Assembly (NCBI GenBank): GCA_031364845.1
Contig: JANLWX010000008.1
Span: 1-48,101 of the forward strand
From: Candidatus Eiseniibacteriota bacterium
Lineage (GTDB): Bacteria > Eisenbacteria > RBG-16-71-46
Reading direction: 5' to 3'
Length of the DNA stretch: 48,101 nucleotides
Of this stretch, positions 43,453-48,101 are shown piece after piece (the first letter of the stretch is position 1; each line of letters opens with the position of its first letter). A model generated the notes under the pieces. That model was not told where the DNA came from. It was given only the letters and a program-made list of their open reading frames with translations, and did no database searches. A program made the translations under genes and the position numbers.

Positions 43453-44511
43453 TCATGTGTACAACTCGGTCATCGTCACGCGCTGCGGCTTCTTCACGTG
43501 GACGTAGGCCGAATTCGCGGCGACACAGCCTTCGCTCGACGCCGTGAGCAGCAGCTTGTACTTACCGTCGTACACCACGATGTCGCCGCACGCGAACACG
43601 CCCTCGAGCGACGTCTTCATGTGCCCGTCGACTTTGATCTGGTTGCCTTCGATCTCGATGCCCCAGCTCTTGACCGCATCGAGGTTCACTGACGCGCCGA
43701 TGTTGACGACCACGTAGTCGGTTTCGAGACGCAGCGGCTCGGGAGCACCCTTGGTCTGGGCGATCACAGCCTTCACCTTGCCGTCGGCGATCTCCAGCCC
43801 CTTCACGCGCGTGCTGAAGTGCCGCTCGATCGCCAGCTCGTTCACGAGATCGATGTTGCTCTCCATGCCCGTGAAGCGGTCGAGCACCTGGACCATCGTG
43901 GGATGCGCCCCCGCCTGCTGGGCACTCTGGGCGCTCTCGAGCGCCGAGTCGCCGCCGCCCACGATCACGACCTTGCGCCCCGCGATCTTGGTGCGGTCGG
44001 GCATGCGGTACGTGAGTGAGTCCTCGTCGAGCTCGTCCTCGCCCGGCACCTTGAGCTTGCGCGGCTCGAACGCGCCGCCACCGATCGCGACGATGATCGC
44101 CGCCGCGGGGTGGCGATGCTCCTGCTGTGTGGTGACGTCGCGCGCGATCAGCTCGAAGCCTTCGGCGGTGCGCGTCAGCCCTTCGACCTTCCGGTTGCCG
44201 AGCATCTCGACGCCGAGTTCCTTGGCGTGCCCGATGAGCTGCGCCGCCAGATCACCCGCGATGATGTGCGAGTAACCCGGCCAGTCATGGACCGGCTTGT
44301 CGCCATAGAGCGACACGAGTTGCCCGCCGACCCGGCCGGCATCCACCACGAGCACCGACATCTTGCGCATGCGGCAGTACATGGCGGCAGTGAGCCCCGA
44401 AGGCCCGCCCCCGATGATCGCAACGTCGTGCACCTGGCCTCCGTGCTGGTGGGTACCCGCTCTCGATCCCGACCGTACGGGGCGAATCTGGAGCCGGTCA
44501 AGCATCGCCAT
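43453..44511 (-). CDS. TrxB-fold ferredoxin-NADP+ reductase-like flavoprotein (YumC type)
   Basis: IIGGGPSG, GGQL..LY..K...D.PG, VGGGDSA, GDIVVYDGKYKLL; no CxxC; start uncertain (44511 or GTG ~44433). Confidence 0.85.
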   Translation of the reverse strand: MAMLDRLQIRPVRSGSRAGTHQHGGQVHDVAIIGGGPSGLTAAMYCRMRKMSVLVVDAGRVGGQLVSLYGDKPVHDWPGYSHIIAGDLAAQLIGHAKELGVEMLGNRKVEGLTRTAEGFELIARDVTTQQEHRHPAAAIIVAIGGGAFEPRKLKVPGEDELDEDSLTYRMPDRTKIAGRKVVIVGGGDSALESAQSAQQAGAHPTMVQVLDRFTGMESNIDLVNELAIERHFSTRVKGLEIADGKVKAVIAQTKGAPEPLRLETDYVVVNIGASVNLDAVKSWGIEIEGNQIKVDGHMKTSLEGVFACGDIVVYDGKYKLLLTASSEGCVAANSAYVHVKKPQRVTMTELYT

Positions 44512-44599
44512 TCATCTGTGATAGGACGATCGCGACGCCGGCTCAGGTTGGATCGGATGCCGAGCGGGTGCGCCCTCCTGCAGCCCTCCCCACCGCCGC

Positions 44600-44628
44600 T
44601 TGACCCACGCCCCCCCGCGCTTTAGCGT
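44600..44628 (+). promoter_or_regulatory. Candidate sigma70 promoter, possibly giving a leaderless mRNA
   Basis: TTGACC-17 nt-TAGCGT, then 7 nt to ATG 44636; no SD sequence. Confidence 0.5.
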
Positions 44629-44635
44629 CCCCGCC

Positions 44636-45394
44636 ATGGCTGTGAACCCGAGCGGACTTCGTATCGAACCGTCGGCGGAGATCCTGACCGCCTCGCGCGC
44701 GTGGCTGGACTCCGTCCGGCCGGCGCTGACTCCGGATTTTCTCGCGGCCTACCTCACCGGCAGCGTGCTCAATCAGGGCTTCGACATCGAACAGTCGGCC
44801 ATCAACGTACTGGTGGTGTCGCGTTCGCTCGGTAGCGAGAATCTCGACGCGCTCGCCAAGGCGATGCCCGCGCCCGCCAAGGGCGCGCCGCGCTTCGAGC
44901 CGCTGTTCATGACGCAGGGCAACATCGAGAAGTCGCTGGATTCGTTCCCAATCGAATGGGTCGAGATCCAGGAGCGGCACATGCTGATCGAGGGCGACGA
45001 CATCCTCGCCGGACTCAACGTGTCGCACGCCGATCTGAGATTGCAGTGCGAACGCGAGTTGCGCGGCAAGTTCATCCAGCTCCGTCAGACGTATCTGCTC
45101 CATCACGAAAGGCCGGCCCAGCTCCATCAGGCGCTGGCGGCGGCGGCAAGCGGATTCGCCACGTTGTTCCGCACGCTGCTCCGGCTGCGCGGCGAGATCG
45201 TGCCCGCGACCGCGGGCCAGGTCATCGAGCGCGTCTCCGATGTCTTCGAACTGGAAGCGCAGGGCCTGCTCGCCGCGCACCTCGCGCGCTACGGCGGCAA
45301 GTCCGCGCCGAACGAAGCGCTCGCGCACTACCGCGCGTTCCTCATCCAGATCGAGCGTCTCACGACCGCGATCGACCAGCTCCGAGTACCGTGA
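44636..45394 (+). CDS. Nucleotidyltransferase-fold-like hypothetical protein
   Basis: YLTGS....F....SAINVLVV, DSFPIE, LRLQCERELR; stop overlaps the TPM gene start. Confidence 0.7.
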   Translation: MAVNPSGLRIEPSAEILTASRAWLDSVRPALTPDFLAAYLTGSVLNQGFDIEQSAINVLVVSRSLGSENLDALAKAMPAPAKGAPRFEPLFMTQGNIEKSLDSFPIEWVEIQERHMLIEGDDILAGLNVSHADLRLQCERELRGKFIQLRQTYLLHHERPAQLHQALAAAASGFATLFRTLLRLRGEIVPATAGQVIERVSDVFELEAQGLLAAHLARYGGKSAPNEALAHYRAFLIQIERLTTAIDQLRVP

Positions 45395-46275
45395 TACACC
45401 GGGGCGCGCTGCGCCTCGGTCTTGCGATCCTGCTCGCGGTTTCTGCACCCCTCGCACGGCAGGCGTTCGCACAGTCCGGGGCCGATTCGACGGCCCGCGC
45501 CGAAACCGCGGCTCCGAACGGGCTGCTTCCGATCCCCGCGTTCGCCGGCTATGTGAACGATGGCGCCGGCGTGCTCGACGACGACACGCGCGCGAAGCTC
45601 GAAGCGTTCCTCGATCAGGTCGAGAAGAAGACGGGCGCCGAGTTCGCGATCCTGACCGTGCCCACGACCGGGCCGGAAGATCCGGATGCGTTCAAGGTGC
45701 GCGTGTTCAAGACGTGGGGCATCGGGAAGGACAAGGAAGACAACGGACTCCTGATGCTGTTGGCTCTCGAAGAGCGGAAGCTGCGCTTCGAGACCGGCTA
45801 TGGGCTCGAGGGCACGCTTCCGGACGGGCTCGAGTCGCGCATCTTCCGAAACGAGATGGCGCCCAAGTTTCGCAGCGGCGACTTCGCGGGCGGGATCGTC
45901 GCGGGCACGCTCGCGTGCGCGGCGCGCATCGCGGCCGAGAAGGGTGTCACGCTCGAGTGGAACGGCGAGGAGTTGCGCTACTCCTCGGGCGGCGGACGGC
46001 GAGAGATCAATCCGGCGCTGATCGTGTTCGCAGTGGTCGTGTTCATCATCCTGATGTCGACCATCAACAACAGTGGCGGGCGCGGCGGGCGGCGGCGCGG
46101 CGGCGGCTACTTCAGCCCGGGCGGATGGGGTGGCTGGGGCGGCGGATTCGGCGGCGGACTGGGTGGTGGCGGGTTTGGCGGCGGTGGATTCGGCGGGGGT
46201 GGCGGTGGTGGCGGGTCGTTCGGAGGTTTCGGCGGCGGCAGCAGCGGCGGCGGTGGCGGCGGCGGAAGCTGGTAG
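45391..46275 (+). CDS. TPM-domain (YgcG-like) membrane protein with Gly-rich tail
   Basis: YVNDGAGVL, WGIG...DNGLL, ETGYGLEGTLPD, TM, tail FGGFGGGSSGGGGGGGSW; GTG start. Confidence 0.92.
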   Translation: MIHRGALRLGLAILLAVSAPLARQAFAQSGADSTARAETAAPNGLLPIPAFAGYVNDGAGVLDDDTRAKLEAFLDQVEKKTGAEFAILTVPTTGPEDPDAFKVRVFKTWGIGKDKEDNGLLMLLALEERKLRFETGYGLEGTLPDGLESRIFRNEMAPKFRSGDFAGGIVAGTLACAARIAAEKGVTLEWNGEELRYSSGGGRREINPALIVFAVVVFIILMSTINNSGGRGGRRRGGGYFSPGGWGGWGGGFGGGLGGGGFGGGGFGGGGGGGGSFGGFGGGSSGGGGGGGSW

Positions 46276-46363
46276 CGCCATCGGCGCGTGAAAGGTTTTG
46301 AGGCGGTTCAACATCCCGTTCCCGGGCGTCGGGCGGGGAACGCATCCGTGAAAGGAGAGTTCC

Positions 46364-46951
46364 ATGAAGCGTGGTTTGCTCGTCACCCTCGCGGTGGTCG
46401 CGGTGCTGCTCGTCGGTGTCGGCGGCTGCCTGGTGGGCAATTACAACAAGCTCGTCACGTCGAAGGAGACGGTCGATCAGCGCTGGGCGCAGGTGGACAA
46501 CCAACTCCAGCGGCGGGCCGATCTGATTTCGAGCCTGGTCGAGACGGTTAAGGGCACCGCGATTCAGGAGCAGGAAGTGTTCGGCGAGATCGCGCGCGCG
46601 CGGGCGATGATGTCGGGCGCCAGCACGCCGGCGAAGGGCATCGAAGCGGGCCAGGCGATGGACTCGGCACTTGGCCGGCTGTTGGTCGTGGTCGAGAACT
46701 ATCCCCAACTGCGGAGCAATGAAGCGTTCATGCAGTTGATGGACGAGGTCGCCGGCACCGAGAACCGGCTCGCGACCGAACGCATGCGCTACAACGAGGA
46801 AGTGCAGACCTACAACGTGCTCGTGAAGCGCTTCCCGACCAGCCTCTACGCGCAGATGTTCAACTTCCCGCCGGCGATTTACTACCCGGTGCCGGATGCG
46901 GCGAAGACCAAGCCGAACGTGGACTTCGGAGGGTTGCGCCAGCCGAAGTAA
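46364..46951 (+). CDS. lemA: LemA-family protein
   Basis: YNKLV, WAQVDNQLQRRADL, VENYPQLRS, GTENRL...RYNE, FP. Confidence 0.95.
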   Translation: MKRGLLVTLAVVAVLLVGVGGCLVGNYNKLVTSKETVDQRWAQVDNQLQRRADLISSLVETVKGTAIQEQEVFGEIARARAMMSGASTPAKGIEAGQAMDSALGRLLVVVENYPQLRSNEAFMQLMDEVAGTENRLATERMRYNEEVQTYNVLVKRFPTSLYAQMFNFPPAIYYPVPDAAKTKPNVDFGGLRQPK

Positions 46952-46966
46952 GTGTTCATAGGGTTA

Positions 46967-47006
46967 AAGCGGCCGGGCGCGGCTTAAGCGTCCGGCCGCT
47001 TCTTTT
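46967..47006 (+). terminator. Rho-independent terminator after lemA
   Basis: AAGCGGCCGGGCGC-GGCTTAA-GCGTCCGGCCGCTT followed by CTTTT. Confidence 0.8.
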
Positions 47007-47096
47007 GTCCTTGACGATCCTGCGCGACCGACCTGCGTCAATCCACCACCTCTGTCTCATCTCGCCGATTGCGATCTCAAGCAGGGTCTCGCTGCA

Positions 47097-47964
47097 ATGG
47101 TCGCCAAGGATTCGAGGACCACTGCACAGCTTCTGGCCCACCTTGCCGAGTTCGATGAGCGTCGGCTGTTTGCGCCGGCCGCGCATCCTTCGATGCATTC
47201 GTACTGCGTTCACATGCTGGGGCTGTCCGCGGACGCCGCGAACAAGCGGATTCGCGTGGCGCGCAAGGCTCGAGAGTTCCCGGCCATCTTCACCGCTGTG
47301 GCCGAGGGACGACTTCACTTGAGCGGGGCGGCCATGCTTGCATCCCACTTGACGTTGGAGAACGTGGACGAACTGCTGACCGCCGCCGCCCGCAAGACGA
47401 ACGGCGAGATCGAAGCGTTACTGGCAGTGCGCTTTCCCAGGCAGGACGCTCCGACGCGGATCACCCCGGTCTCTGCGTCACCCGAACTGCTGCAAGGCCC
47501 CTGTCCCCCCAAAGCAACTACGAACCAACTGGCCGCACGGCCAGTTGCAGCGACCCATCCGCGAGTGACCCCGCTCGCACCCGAGCGCTATCAGGTTCAG
47601 TTCACAATGCGCCAGGAGATGTTCACGAAGCTCCACTACGCGCAATCCCTGCTCGGTCATCAGGTCTCATCCGGGGACCTGCCCGAAGTGCTCGAACGGG
47701 GCCTGGACGCGCTCATCGCCAGGCTCGAAAAGACGAAGTACGCGGCTACTGACCGGCCTCGCCCGGTGCGACCGCGCTCGTCGTGCAACCCGCGCTACGT
47801 TCCCGCGCACGTGAGACGTGCTGTAAGCGAGCGCGACGGCGGACAGTGCACGTTCGTGAGCGTGGACGGGGCCCGGTGTCCTGAGCTCTCGTCACTCGAG
47901 TTCGATCACATCCTCGAAGTCGCCCGCGGCGGCGAAGCGACTATTGACGGGATGAGGCTTAGGT
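47097..47964 (+). pseudogene. DUF222-like/HNH endonuclease-domain gene interrupted by a group II intron
   Basis: RYVPAHVRRAVSERDGGQCTF....RC....LEFDH....GG......RLRC; the motif breaks off before the expected H-N residues, where intron sequence begins. Confidence 0.8.
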
Positions 47965-48101
47965 GCCGGGTGGCCCCGGGCGTTGCCGCCCGGGGCTCCC
48001 ACTGATCCGGACGTGCGGATTTCCCGCATCCGGCTCGTCAAGGACACGGCTTCACTACGTCGTCAGAACGCTGTGGATAGCCCGAGCAGGTGGTAAGGGA
48101 T
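47965..48101 (-). mobile_element. 3' end of a group II intron (domain V 48004-48036, domain VI 47965-48000)
   Basis: Minus strand GAGCCGGATGCGGGAAATCCGCACGTCCGGATC (DV: AGC triad, GAAA loop, AC bulge), then GGGAGCCCCGGGCGGCAACGCCCGGGGCCACCCGGC (DVI, A 7 nt from the end). Confidence 0.93.
48055..48101 (-). CDS. C-terminal fragment of the group II intron reverse transcriptase/maturase
   Basis: ...PLPPARAIHSVLTT* ending 18 nt before domain V. Confidence 0.7.
   Translation of the reverse strand, partial: PLPPARAIHSVLTT

Noticed and set aside
43453..44511. Thioredoxin reductase trxB
   Set aside because: It lacks the redox CxxC, and its motifs fit the YumC-type ferredoxin-NADP+ reductase better
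46075..46272. GGC/GGT-rich tract
   Set aside because: It encodes the ordinary Gly-rich tail of TPM-domain proteins

Overview
GC-rich bacterial window, probably a whole contig broken at mobile elements at both ends. The left end is the tail and right terminus of an IS1202/ISNCY-like insertion sequence. The right end is the 3' end of a group II intron (domains V/VI plus the last codons of its RT/maturase), inserted antisense into an HNH-domain gene. Housekeeping content: thioredoxin-fold proteins, LysM, histidine phosphatase, SWIM-SNF2 helicase, a complete F0F1 ATP synthase operon, Nudix, YajQ, M20 dipeptidase, 2-oxoacid:ferredoxin oxidoreductase with an FNR-like reductase, and an NTase-like/TPM/LemA operon. 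The ATP synthase subunit-a ORF is fused in frame to an AtpI-like N-terminal domain. An accessory envelope cluster of about 20 kb (18.6-38.8 kb) holds two paralogous RND transporters (one with degenerate proton-relay motifs), a miniature adaptor lipoprotein and no TolC. It also carries a PAP2 phosphatase, two outer-membrane beta-barrels, an FG-GAP/FlgD-Ig protein, a TPR-sensor two-component system and two DUF5666-like paralogs. Secreted proteins ending in STWG..LYR or an FlgD-Ig domain suggest an FCB-related lineage such as Ca. Eisenbacteria (inference). No rRNA, tRNA or CRISPR array was seen. Family calls come from motif recognition by eye, with no database searches. Several starts were moved relative to the supplied ORF track.
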